Virus record (IMG/VR): IMGVR_UViG_3300037466_003648 | Location: 32,001 to 96,000 of that record | From: a virus | Lineage: Duplodnaviria > Caudoviricetes | Reading direction: 5' to 3' (one strand) | DNA: 64,000 nucleotides | Made by a program: the position numbers and the translations under genes | Notes under the pieces: generated by a model | What the model was told of the DNA's origin: nothing | The model's input: the letters and a program-made list of their open reading frames with translations, nothing else | Database searches by the model: none | Shown here: one piece after another, positions 18,218 to 27,354 of the stretch | Numbering within the stretch: the stretch's first letter is position 1 | Layout: each line of letters starts with the position of its first letter

Positions 18218-20431
18218 TTGTCCTGCGAGATTCGCCTTCGCACCGACATCTATGACGAGCCCATGGCCGCCTTCTTTAGGATGGTCCCGGCCGTTCACAA
18301 ACAGAACCTGCCAGATGGTCGGCTCATGTACACGTTCTACGGCGACGAGGGTTACCGGGTCTTCGTAGATACCGCCAACTGCCAGATCCAGGTCTGGGAG
18401 CAGTCACAAGAGTTCGATGATGACGACTTCGGCGCCCACATGAGGCGCAAAGACCCTTGGAGCTTCTCGTTCACCAGTATCTCGGCCGACGAGATCGTGA
18501 AGCGTCTGCGCAAGACGGCGCACGAGCTGATCTCCGACACCATCAAGAGCGAGCTGAACCTCGATCCCAAGTTGGGCACCGTCCAGATCACCATGGACAT
18601 CCCCTATGAAGTGGGGACCTGGCTCAAGCGCGGTATGGCGCCTTCCCTCGCAGGTCGCATGACGGGTGATGCTCGCAACGAGGACATCTACAGGTATCTG
18701 GTACCCAAGTGGGTGGCCGAAGGTGCCGTCAACTTCGCCCAGGAGATGCGACACTCGCGTTACAGCTACAGCCTGGCGGTCCTGAACTTCTACTGGGCGC
18801 ATCACGAGGTCATCAAGGAGATCAAGACCAAGTACCCTCGGCTCTACAAGTACCTGCCCGAGTACCTGTCCAACGGGCACGAACGCGCGGGTGTGACGCA
18901 GGCAGAGAAAGACGCTGCCCGCCAGAACTGGGACCGCAAGCGCAAGTCTCTGATCACGGAGCTGCGCAACTACGTGATGTGGAAGTGCAAGCTCACCAAG
19001 AGCGAGTTGGCCGAGTGGTTGGAGCTGGACGAGCAGAAGTTCGTCTGGATGACCAAGTACGGCGCCGACATGGGTTACGGCGTGGCGCTGGACGTGATCC
19101 GGGCAACCGGTCGCACTCCTGCCATGACGGGTCTCGATACCCTCAACCGCTTCTGGCGTGACGTGCACCACCGCTACACCATCGTGGACTCCGCTTTCTT
19201 GCGGCAGCTCTTCGTCGAGGCGCTGAAGCAGTCCATCAAGCGGCGCCACCGCATGGGCATCGCCCAGTGGCTGGAGCTGGAGTGGGGCCAGGTCGCCGAC
19301 TGGTACCGCGCGGCGGGACGGGCATTCCGTCCCGACAAGAACCAGAAGGGCGCCAAGTGGAGCTGGTTCGTCCGTCACTCCGAAGAGTGGCACGACCAGC
19401 AAGCCATCGCCAAGATGGACGCCAGCACGCCCACCGACGAGTGGACGTCGCTGATTCCCCAGCACGTCGCGGGCGACTTCCTGTTCGTGCCGATGCTCTC
19501 CAACAAGGATCTCCACATCGAGGGCGAATCGCAGGCGCACTGCGTCGGCGGATCGACCTACGTGGAAGGCTCCAAGCGAGGCGACATGTTGATCTGGTCG
19601 ATCCGCACGCGCGAGAACAACCGCGTCGCGACACTCCAGCTCAACAAGCGCGTCGACAAGGTCAAGGTGAAGGACGAGAACGGTCAGGACAAGGAGGTCG
19701 ACAAGATCGTCTGGCTCCGCGGCCAGTGCCTCGGTAAGCGCAACTCCCAGATCGAACCGGCTACCAGTGCGGCAGCCGACGACCTGATCAAGCGCTACAA
19801 CCAGCACCAGAGCATCGACTGGGAAGCCGAGCGCGAGCGCGATCAGCTTGCCTACGAAGCCAAGAAGAAGGCAGCCGTCGAGAAGGCACGCAAGGCGGCG
19901 AAGCACACCAAGCGCGTCGAGAAGCTGCTGAAAGAAAACCCGCTGATGCCGCTGGACCAGGCACGTCAGCTCGCAGCCGAGCAGATTGCCACGGAAGAGC
20001 GCGAGAAGGCGGAGAAGGAGCGCAAGAAGGTGGACGATCAGGGCCGTGTGCTCTCGATCGTGGACAGCGAGACCGACGAGGTTCCGCCGCCCATCACCGA
20101 CGCCGAGCCCGGTTGGGTTTGTCCCGGTGTCGAGCCTCCCGAACAGCTCACGCAAGCCGCCCAGGAGTTCCAGGAAGCCGTCGTGGCGCTCGAAGCTCCT
20201 CCGGCACCCCCGGAGGTCGAGGACACCCCGGACGACGTTCCTGACGGCTTTCAACGGCTAGTAGAACAGGCGTTGGGGGACGAGCCCGAACTCGAACTGC
20301 CGCCCGCGCCTGAACGGACCATGGACGAGATGATCGCCCGACACAACGAACAACTCGCCGAAGCGCTGGATGCGCCTACAGCATTGGTTAACCATCCCCA
20401 AGATCCCCAACCGGTTGATGCCGCGGCCTAG
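18218..20431 (+). CDS. PcfJ-like domain protein with acidic/Pro-rich tail
   Basis: L-IEG-SQAHCVG...IWSIR...ATLQL...QC-GKRN segment. Confidence 0.7.
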   Translation: MSCEIRLRTDIYDEPMAAFFRMVPAVHKQNLPDGRLMYTFYGDEGYRVFVDTANCQIQVWEQSQEFDDDDFGAHMRRKDPWSFSFTSISADEIVKRLRKTAHELISDTIKSELNLDPKLGTVQITMDIPYEVGTWLKRGMAPSLAGRMTGDARNEDIYRYLVPKWVAEGAVNFAQEMRHSRYSYSLAVLNFYWAHHEVIKEIKTKYPRLYKYLPEYLSNGHERAGVTQAEKDAARQNWDRKRKSLITELRNYVMWKCKLTKSELAEWLELDEQKFVWMTKYGADMGYGVALDVIRATGRTPAMTGLDTLNRFWRDVHHRYTIVDSAFLRQLFVEALKQSIKRRHRMGIAQWLELEWGQVADWYRAAGRAFRPDKNQKGAKWSWFVRHSEEWHDQQAIAKMDASTPTDEWTSLIPQHVAGDFLFVPMLSNKDLHIEGESQAHCVGGSTYVEGSKRGDMLIWSIRTRENNRVATLQLNKRVDKVKVKDENGQDKEVDKIVWLRGQCLGKRNSQIEPATSAAADDLIKRYNQHQSIDWEAERERDQLAYEAKKKAAVEKARKAAKHTKRVEKLLKENPLMPLDQARQLAAEQIATEEREKAEKERKKVDDQGRVLSIVDSETDEVPPPITDAEPGWVCPGVEPPEQLTQAAQEFQEAVVALEAPPAPPEVEDTPDDVPDGFQRLVEQALGDEPELELPPAPERTMDEMIARHNEQLAEALDAPTALVNHPQDPQPVDAAA

Positions 20432-20449
20432 CGGCGAGGAGGACCCACC

Positions 20450-21946
20450 ATGGCAAATGCCACGGACGAGAAGTACAAGCGAGCGCGTGACATCGTTGCC
20501 GCGTACCAGAAGGGCGGCATCTACCGCGCCAAGGACGCGATGACGCAGCAGAACCGTGACACGGAGCTGATGTTCGAGTACACCGCGCACCTGCAGTCCG
20601 AGCTGGACCAGCTGGAGCTGCAGGACGGCGACAGCGGCGGCAAGATCGTCGCCTTCACCGGCATCGCGCCTTCGGACAACAGCCCCGAGATCGCCGAGCT
20701 GCAGACCAAGCTCGACGAGGCGCAGGAGACCATCATGCAGCTTCAGCTGAAGCTGCAGGGTGAAGGCAACAGCGCCGAGACCGACGAGCTGAAGCAGAGG
20801 CTGGCCGATGCCGAGGCGGCGGCGGGCACCAGCGAGAACGCGGACATCTACGACATCCTCAAGACCACCCGTGTCTCGCTCAACAGCACCAAGATCGAGC
20901 TGGCTGGCGCCACGACGAACATCAAGGCGCTGCACGAGCAGCTGGAGACGGCTCGCCAGGAGCTGGACAAGACCATGACCGAGCTGTCGTCCACCAAGGG
21001 CGCCCTCGCGGCCAAGGAGACCCAGCTGACCGAAGCGCTCGACTCGGCCAACAAGTCGATCGGGGACCGCAACACCCAGATCGAGACGCTCACGGACACG
21101 ATCACGAAGCTGGAGTTCCAGCTGAACGAGGCCAAGTCCGCGGTGCCCACGGCTCCTGCGCCCCTCGCGACGCCGCATTCTCACGAGGTGTACCCGCGCG
21201 AAGTCTCGCCGACGCAGCTGCGCGAGATCTTGGCGCTGGTCAATCAGGGCCGCAAGATCGACGCGTTGAAGCTGCACCGCGAGATCACCGGTCTCGGTCT
21301 CAAGGAGGCGAAGGACTTCATCGACAAGCTGGTCTCGTCCAGCGAGATGCAGAACGCGGCCACCTTGGGCGTCGTTTCGCCAGACTCGATCCGGTTCATG
21401 CACGGCGGGACGGAGATGACCCTGACCGCCTGGATGAACGACGTCGACAACAAGCTCAACGGCTTGGGCAAGTACGGCGTGTCCGAGATCCAGGCGATCG
21501 TTCCTCCCAAGGAGGTTACGGGCATCGTCATCGCCGATGGGACCCTCGACTCGATGACGCTGGGTGTCGATCCCGCCGTTGAGAGCGGTGACACCACCAG
21601 CATCTCGATCGTGGACCGCATGCCCGAGGCGGTCTCCCAGCACTTGCCGGAAGCGGTGGAGTCCGTGGACGAAGACGAGGACGAGGTCGATGAAGCGCCC
21701 GAGCTGGCGGTGAAGGCGACCGAGCCCGAAGACAAGAAGCCGAAGACCGGCGACTGGCTCTTCACGTCGGACCTCTTCAAGGCGCTGGGCGGCGACCCCA
21801 AGGACACCTCGTCCAAGGTCACGTTCGGTGGCAAGACCCTGACGTACAAGGCGTTCCGCCAGCAGGAGAACTCCTTCTTCACGAAGGCTGGCCTGAAGGT
21901 GGACACCAAGCGTCAGAGCAAGAAGGAGCCCTGGCTGCAGCGCTAG
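20450..21946 (+). CDS. coiled-coil protein with ribosomal L7/L12 C-terminal-like domain
   Basis: long heptad region; GRKIDALKLHREITGLGLKEAKDFID. Confidence 0.7.
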   Translation: MANATDEKYKRARDIVAAYQKGGIYRAKDAMTQQNRDTELMFEYTAHLQSELDQLELQDGDSGGKIVAFTGIAPSDNSPEIAELQTKLDEAQETIMQLQLKLQGEGNSAETDELKQRLADAEAAAGTSENADIYDILKTTRVSLNSTKIELAGATTNIKALHEQLETARQELDKTMTELSSTKGALAAKETQLTEALDSANKSIGDRNTQIETLTDTITKLEFQLNEAKSAVPTAPAPLATPHSHEVYPREVSPTQLREILALVNQGRKIDALKLHREITGLGLKEAKDFIDKLVSSSEMQNAATLGVVSPDSIRFMHGGTEMTLTAWMNDVDNKLNGLGKYGVSEIQAIVPPKEVTGIVIADGTLDSMTLGVDPAVESGDTTSISIVDRMPEAVSQHLPEAVESVDEDEDEVDEAPELAVKATEPEDKKPKTGDWLFTSDLFKALGGDPKDTSSKVTFGGKTLTYKAFRQQENSFFTKAGLKVDTKRQSKKEPWLQR

Positions 21947-21964
21947 GGTAGTACACCCAACACA

Positions 21965-21993
21965 GGGGCGGGGCTTCGGCTCCGCCCTTGCTT
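21965..21993 (+). terminator. intrinsic terminator-like hairpin
   Basis: GGGGCGGGGC-TTCG-GCTCCGCCCT then TGCTT. Confidence 0.6.
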
Positions 21994-22011
21994 CAGCCGA
22001 AAGGAGCCAAC

Positions 22012-22416
22012 ATGACCGTCGAGTACAACGACGACCTCTCCCATGAGGACCAGGTCGACGCGGAAGAGGGCATTGCCCACATCATCCACGCGTTCGAGTA
22101 CGGCGAGAATGCCGAGATGCGTCCCTCCGAAGAGGACTGCGCCGAGTTGGGTCGCCAGATCCTCCTGTTCGTGCTGGAGAAGTTCCGGCCGGACTTGGTG
22201 GACGGTGGTGAAGAGCCCGTCGCCGAAGAATCCGAGGGCGGAAGCTTCGAGTGCAAGCGGTGCGAGACCGAGTTCCACTTCCCCGCGGAGGAGTACACGC
22301 CAGAAGAGGTTGATGACCAGCTTGCGCAGCATCTGTGCGATGCTCATGACATCAACCTCTCGACAAGCGCGTTCGAGTCGGAGCGGTCGCACTACTTTAA
22401 GCGGATCAACTCGTAG
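22012..22416 (+). CDS. acidic hypothetical protein
   Basis: GAAAGGAGCC RBS; CxxC...HxxxxH. Confidence 0.7.
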   Translation: MTVEYNDDLSHEDQVDAEEGIAHIIHAFEYGENAEMRPSEEDCAELGRQILLFVLEKFRPDLVDGGEEPVAEESEGGSFECKRCETEFHFPAEEYTPEEVDDQLAQHLCDAHDINLSTSAFESERSHYFKRINS

Positions 22417-22418
22417 GG

Positions 22419-22447
22419 TTGCGATCCTGTACCACATCTGGTACACT
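22419..22447 (+). promoter_or_regulatory. sigma70-type promoter
   Basis: TTGCGA-17-TACACT with extended TG. Confidence 0.55.
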
Positions 22448-22490
22448 CCTACCTGCTAAGGAACAACTACGCCGGGGCAAGAGGAGCACC

Positions 22491-23084
22491 ATGACCCAAC
22501 CCATCGAGTCCGAGCTGTACCTGCTCGTCGGCCCCAGTGGTGCCGGTAAGACGTCCGTGATGGACGAGTTGTACCGCGAGGGCACCCTGATCAAGGCGAC
22601 CTCTCACGCCACGCGCCCCATGCGGGAAGGCGAGTCCCAGGGCAACCCGTACCACTTCATCTCGGTGAACGAGTACAAGGGGTTGGATCTCGAAGGCCAG
22701 TTCATCGAGAAGATCGAGTACAACGGCAACCACTACGGCTTCACCCGCGGCGAAGTGCTGAACGCGTTGGAGCGGGGTGACGTTGGTCTGATCGTCGAGG
22801 GTCACGGTGCGGCGCAAATTCGCAAGCTCTTCCCCGGCCGGGTCACCACCATCTTCCTGGACCCGCCACCCCGCGAAGAGCTGGTGCGTCGGATGCGTCA
22901 GCGCAAGAACACCCAGGCGGAGATCGAAGAGCGTCTAGCGCTCATGGTGGACGAGATGAAGTTCGGTCCCGAGGCCGACTACCACGTCGACACCAACGAC
23001 TCGTTCGACCACGTTCTTACCAAGGTGCGCACGATCATCAAGATCACCCGTGCTCGCCGTCAGAACAAGGCGGAGGGTCTGTAA
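22491..23084 (+). CDS. gmk: guanylate kinase
   Basis: GPSGAGKT, SHATRPMR-GE--G--YHF, Y-GNHYG. Confidence 0.93.
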   Translation: MTQPIESELYLLVGPSGAGKTSVMDELYREGTLIKATSHATRPMREGESQGNPYHFISVNEYKGLDLEGQFIEKIEYNGNHYGFTRGEVLNALERGDVGLIVEGHGAAQIRKLFPGRVTTIFLDPPPREELVRRMRQRKNTQAEIEERLALMVDEMKFGPEADYHVDTNDSFDHVLTKVRTIIKITRARRQNKAEGL

Positions 23085-23085
23085 G

Positions 23086-23526
23086 ATGACGTCGCCCAAG
23101 CTCATCTTCGTCGCCTCGCCCCTGCGCCCCTTCATCCCGCCACACGTCCTGCAGATGTTCCCCGACCCGGATTGTTGGCAGCGTCAACAGTACTACCACG
23201 AGGTGTTGCAGAAGAACCTGCAGCACGCACGGGAGTGCTGTCAGAAGGTGCTGGCCGAGGGCCACACACCCATCGCGCCGCACCTGATCCTGCCGCAGCT
23301 TCTGGACGACGCCGACCCCGCCCAGCGCGAGCAAGGCATCAACGGTGGTTTGGTCTACCTGACCCGTGCCGACGAGCTGTGGTACTGGGACGACCCCACG
23401 GAAGGGATGATCAAGGAGATCCAGACGGCGTACCGCTTGGGCATTCCGGTGGTCTATATGGGCAACGTCCCCCTCACCCGCGTCATCCCCCAGGCCACTT
23501 CTACCGGCCAACTCAAGGAGTCCTAG
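23086..23526 (+). CDS. DUF4406/nucleoside deoxyribosyltransferase-like protein
   Basis: IFVASP...GHTPIAPHL...GL-YL--ADELW...EGM--EI--A---GIPV. Confidence 0.7.
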   Translation: MTSPKLIFVASPLRPFIPPHVLQMFPDPDCWQRQQYYHEVLQKNLQHARECCQKVLAEGHTPIAPHLILPQLLDDADPAQREQGINGGLVYLTRADELWYWDDPTEGMIKEIQTAYRLGIPVVYMGNVPLTRVIPQATSTGQLKES

Positions 23527-24468
23527 ATGTTCGAGCGGTACACCGAGAACGCCATTAAGGCGATCATGCTCGCCCAGGAAGAGGCTCGCCGTCTCGGCCA
23601 CAACTACGTCAGCACGGAGTTTGTCCTGTTGGGATTGATCGGTTTGGGTGAGAACAGCCCGGTCTACCGCGCCTTGGTGAAGTTGGGCGTCAGCTCGCCT
23701 CTCAAGACTGCGCGTCTTTTGGTCGAGCAGAGGGTCGGCAAGGGCTCCGGCTTCGTTGGGGTCGAGCTGCCCTTCACGCCACGCATGAAGCGCTCGATCG
23801 AAGTCTCGTGGAACACCGCCCGCGAGCTGGGCCACAACTACATCGCGCCGTTCCACGTCCTGTTCGCCATCATCGCGGAGGAAGAGAGTACAGCGCGTGC
23901 CGTGCTGTTCGATATGGGCATCATCGACCTGGAGACGTTCAAGTCGCTGGTCGTGGACGAGGCTTCGCGTGCTGCAGTTGCCAAGACCGACAGCATCTTG
24001 CAGGCGGTCAACGAGAAGCGTACCGCCGACGAGCGTCGGAACGAGAAGCAGCGTGCGTGGGACAAGAGCTACATGGCGATGGCCCATATCATCGCTGGTC
24101 ACTCTCACGACCCCAAGTTCAAGGTCGGTGCCATCGTCGTCAACGACCTCAACGGCGCCATCGTCGGTCTCGGCTACAACGGTCGCGGCAAGGGTCGTCC
24201 CAACGACCGTCTCTCGATGGAAACGGGCCAGAGCGGCTTCGTCCATGCCGAGATGAATGCCATTGCCCGTGTCTCGTGGGAGATGACGTGTACCTACACG
24301 CTCTACACCACCCTGGCGCCCTGCATGGTCTGCGCGGGTCTGGTTCTGAACAACCCCATCAAGCGGGTCGTCTACGGCCAGATCTACAACGATGACAAGA
24401 CCGGCGTCGAAGAGCTGATTGGCGGCTTGGGGGCGCATCTCGTCCACCATTGTCCGCACCATTCCTAA
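23527..24468 (+). CDS. ClpC-type Clp-N domain fused to dCMP/cytidine deaminase
   Basis: [28 protein letters not shown]...PFTPR; C-terminal KVGA, GYNG, HAEMNA, PCMVC. Confidence 0.88.
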   Translation: [313 protein letters not shown]

Positions 24469-24480
24469 AGGAGCACTCCC

Positions 24481-24591
24481 ATGAAAGTTTGGCATGTTCT
24501 CGCTGGTATGGCGGGTTTGTTTACCGCCGGTCTCGCTGTTTGGGATGGTATCGGCTATGTGGCCTGGCACTTCATTCACAAGCTGTGGTAG
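24481..24591 (+). CDS. small membrane protein (36 aa)
   Basis: AAGGAG RBS; hydrophobic run. Confidence 0.55.
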   Translation: MKVWHVLAGMAGLFTAGLAVWDGIGYVAWHFIHKLW

Positions 24592-24627
24592 TCAGCTGAA
24601 GCACACGCTGCTTCATTTCTTCCACCG

Positions 24628-25263
24628 TTGGCAGTGGGCGCTGGCCGCCCTCTTGGATGCGCTGTGCTAGAACCGATCATCATCGACCATGACGCGAGCA
24701 TCTCGTTCACCGGCTACTGGCAGGCGGACGAGATGTACCGGCTCGTGATCGCGCGTAAGCCGGTCACCGGACCGGTCCTTGCGAGCTTGTTGATGGGATC
24801 GACTGGCACGCGCCGTTCCAACTTCCAGGTGCTCAAGACCCCACCAGGCACCAGCCCGGTAGTTCAAGCGATGGGGCTCAACCGGATGTTTGCGATGCCC
24901 CTGGAAGCGCCTGGTGAGCGCAAACCCACCAAGGCGTTCTCGGTGTACGTGTTCGACGGGAACGACACCGAGGGTAGGGGCCGCTTTTCGTGGCTGACGA
25001 GTCTGAACGTCTACCGCTGTGATTGGATGCTAGATGTCCAAAAACAGCGGATGCTCGATCAGATGGATGAAGCCTACGATCGCTGGTTCGTCATGATCGA
25101 CCACCAACTGCACAAGTTGCCGTTTGGGCGCGAAGAGGTCGGATTGTCCAAAGCGTGCGAAAACTGCCCACACCAGTTTTCGTGCATGGCGGGCAATACG
25201 CCCGGTTACCTCATTGGCGACGATCTGCCCGAAAGTGCCCGTCCGCCCCAAAAGCAGGTTTAG
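24628..25263 (+). CDS. hypothetical protein with C-terminal CX2CX5C motif
   Basis: ACENCPHQFSCMAG; start codon uncertain. Confidence 0.6.
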   Translation: MAVGAGRPLGCAVLEPIIIDHDASISFTGYWQADEMYRLVIARKPVTGPVLASLLMGSTGTRRSNFQVLKTPPGTSPVVQAMGLNRMFAMPLEAPGERKPTKAFSVYVFDGNDTEGRGRFSWLTSLNVYRCDWMLDVQKQRMLDQMDEAYDRWFVMIDHQLHKLPFGREEVGLSKACENCPHQFSCMAGNTPGYLIGDDLPESARPPQKQV

Positions 25264-25268
25264 CCAAC

Positions 25269-25958
25269 ATGGACTTTGACGCCCTTTTTGACGCCCAAGC
25301 CAAAGGCACCGTGAACGTCAATGTGAACACCACGCGCCCCGAGGGCTTCTGGTTCGAGCCAGACCCCGAGTGGGACGGTGAGTGGTTGTTGTGGTTCAAG
25401 TGCGGCACCGATGTCGCCTTCCAGCTCATGAGCGACGCGAAGGGCAACCAGCTCGACTACACGGTCACGCTCAAGATGCGCACCAAGACAGGCAAAGACG
25501 CTCCTCGCCGAGCGGTCGTCCGTACGATCGAGAAGACCAACGACAGGGGTGAAACGCAGCAAGTGGCCTACCCCACAATCGTCAACTACTTCGATGTTTC
25601 GTTGATGGAGTCGATTCGGGAGGTCATCGTACGCCAACCCGGTCTGGGCGGCGCCATTCTGTCTCGTGGAAGCGACTACGAGATCGAAGGTACGACGCTG
25701 GTCACGCTCCAGGAGCTGAACGACGAAGCGTACCTGGAGATCGAAGGCAAGGGTTGGGGCTTCGAGCGGGCCATGACGCACAACGGCAAGATGCCGTCTA
25801 ACTTCTCATTCCCCACCACCGAGGTCAAGCGCGGCACCAAGGCCATCTGCGATGTCTGCCCGAACCAGTTCGCCTGCCTCGCCGGACAGCAGAAGATGTT
25901 CGGCATGGAGGAGTACAAGGTGGCGAAATTGATGAAGGGTGGCGATCCCTTCAAGTAG
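25269..25958 (+). CDS. hypothetical protein with C-terminal CX2CX5C motif
   Basis: ICDVCPNQFACLAG. Confidence 0.7.
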   Translation: MDFDALFDAQAKGTVNVNVNTTRPEGFWFEPDPEWDGEWLLWFKCGTDVAFQLMSDAKGNQLDYTVTLKMRTKTGKDAPRRAVVRTIEKTNDRGETQQVAYPTIVNYFDVSLMESIREVIVRQPGLGGAILSRGSDYEIEGTTLVTLQELNDEAYLEIEGKGWGFERAMTHNGKMPSNFSFPTTEVKRGTKAICDVCPNQFACLAGQQKMFGMEEYKVAKLMKGGDPFK

Positions 25959-26044
25959 GTGCAAGTACACCTACTTTGGATCTCAGTTTTTCGTCGTCGT
26001 AATTTTTCAAATTCGAGATCCGTGTTTCACAAGGGGCAAGGCCA

Positions 26045-26380
26045 ATGACAACCGACGACGAGACCACACCCGACCCGCTGACCTTGTGGCAGCCGGTCGT
26101 CGAGAACCCCAACGTCCTTCCGTCCAAAGTCAACTACAAGGCGAAGGGCCGTGTCCAGGAATGGCCGTGCTACAAGTACGCCAACTGGGCGCTCGGCAAC
26201 GACGCGGCCTACGTCCGCATCCGTCAGGGTTACAGCCGTGACAGCTTCGTCAAGGTCCCCACAAAAGCCGATCAGATCGGTACTTCGGAGGTCTGCAACC
26301 ACTGCTCTCAGCAGTTCGCGTGCCTGGCAGGCAATGTCACGTCGTTGACGTCTCGCACCCTCCTCTTACCTCCCCCTTAG
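26045..26380 (+). CDS. hypothetical protein with C-terminal CX2CX5C motif
   Basis: VCNHCSQQFACLAG. Confidence 0.7.
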   Translation: MTTDDETTPDPLTLWQPVVENPNVLPSKVNYKAKGRVQEWPCYKYANWALGNDAAYVRIRQGYSRDSFVKVPTKADQIGTSEVCNHCSQQFACLAGNVTSLTSRTLLLPPP

Positions 26381-26381
26381 C

Positions 26382-26410
26382 TTGTCCACGGACGAGGTTC
26401 GTGGTATAAC
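26382..26410 (+). promoter_or_regulatory. sigma70-type promoter
   Basis: TTGTCC-17-TATAAC with extended TG. Confidence 0.65.
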
Positions 26411-26426
26411 CCATAAGGATCAAACC

Positions 26427-26840
26427 ATGAGCAAGCGTTCAGTAGATCCCGTGAAGCCGATTGACGGGTACCAGACCCTTCCGGCGGACCCCGGACCCGG
26501 CACCTACGAGGTGGACATCGAGGTCACACACCGTATTGATGATGTCGTGACTCCCCTGCACAAGGAGACCGTCACCGTCGAGACTGCCTACGGGCGACCC
26601 CAAGCCAGCGCCAGCGCCCAGCTCCAGCTGTGTAAGACGCACCCCGAATTTGCCCGTGAACACGTCTACACCCAAGTAATGGAGGCTCGTCATGTCGCTG
26701 GACCCGCTCAACCCGTCCCCGCTGCAGCCGTCGAGCCAGGCAGTGCTGGAGAACCTGTGGTCGATCCTGAACGCCTCGAAGACGGAGACGAGCACCCCGA
26801 CTACGACTACAACTTCGACAAGCCCTTCGACATCTACTGA
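26427..26840 (+). CDS. hypothetical protein
   Basis: TAAGGA RBS downstream of promoter. Confidence 0.65.
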   Translation: MSKRSVDPVKPIDGYQTLPADPGPGTYEVDIEVTHRIDDVVTPLHKETVTVETAYGRPQASASAQLQLCKTHPEFAREHVYTQVMEARHVAGPAQPVPAAAVEPGSAGEPVVDPERLEDGDEHPDYDYNFDKPFDIY

Positions 26841-27354
26841 CGAAGGGTCGGTTAGCTACGCGATCACTGTCGGCCCGCCACCTACGGTCGAGGGTTTCAG
26901 GAACGAGATCCTGATGCGCCAGGCGGAGGTGCTGGGCACGGTCGAGGTGTTGACGTCGCAGGTTCATAACCTGCTCGAATCCGTCAGCCGTGAAGTCAGC
27001 TTCCGCACCCAGATGCCCAAGACACTCGCGTTCGGCGACCCTTTGGACCTGCCCGTCACACCGCCTTCGCGGGTACCGGCAGAGTTCATGCGTCCCACCT
27101 CCGCGGCGCACTTCCTGGCGGCACACACGGGCCACAAGTGGACCAACCCCAAGCTGCACGACCTCGCCAAGCGTCTGGGATGGCGGCCCGCCGATGTCAA
27201 GTACGACATGGAGCGCTCCGACCATCGCTACTTCACTGTGGTCACAACGCGTGAAGGGTTCGACTTCGGTGTCTATACCCCCAACGCGCTCGACTACGTC
27301 CTGGATCGGCCTGACGAGTGCTGGCAGATCGCAACCAGCAAGGAGACTCGATGA
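26692..27354 (+). CDS. hypothetical protein (149-nt overlap with upstream gene)
   Basis: GGAGG 6 nt before ATG26692; ATGA coupling at 3' end. Confidence 0.65.
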   Translation: MSLDPLNPSPLQPSSQAVLENLWSILNASKTETSTPTTTTTSTSPSTSTDEGSVSYAITVGPPPTVEGFRNEILMRQAEVLGTVEVLTSQVHNLLESVSREVSFRTQMPKTLAFGDPLDLPVTPPSRVPAEFMRPTSAAHFLAAHTGHKWTNPKLHDLAKRLGWRPADVKYDMERSDHRYFTVVTTREGFDFGVYTPNALDYVLDRPDECWQIATSKETR

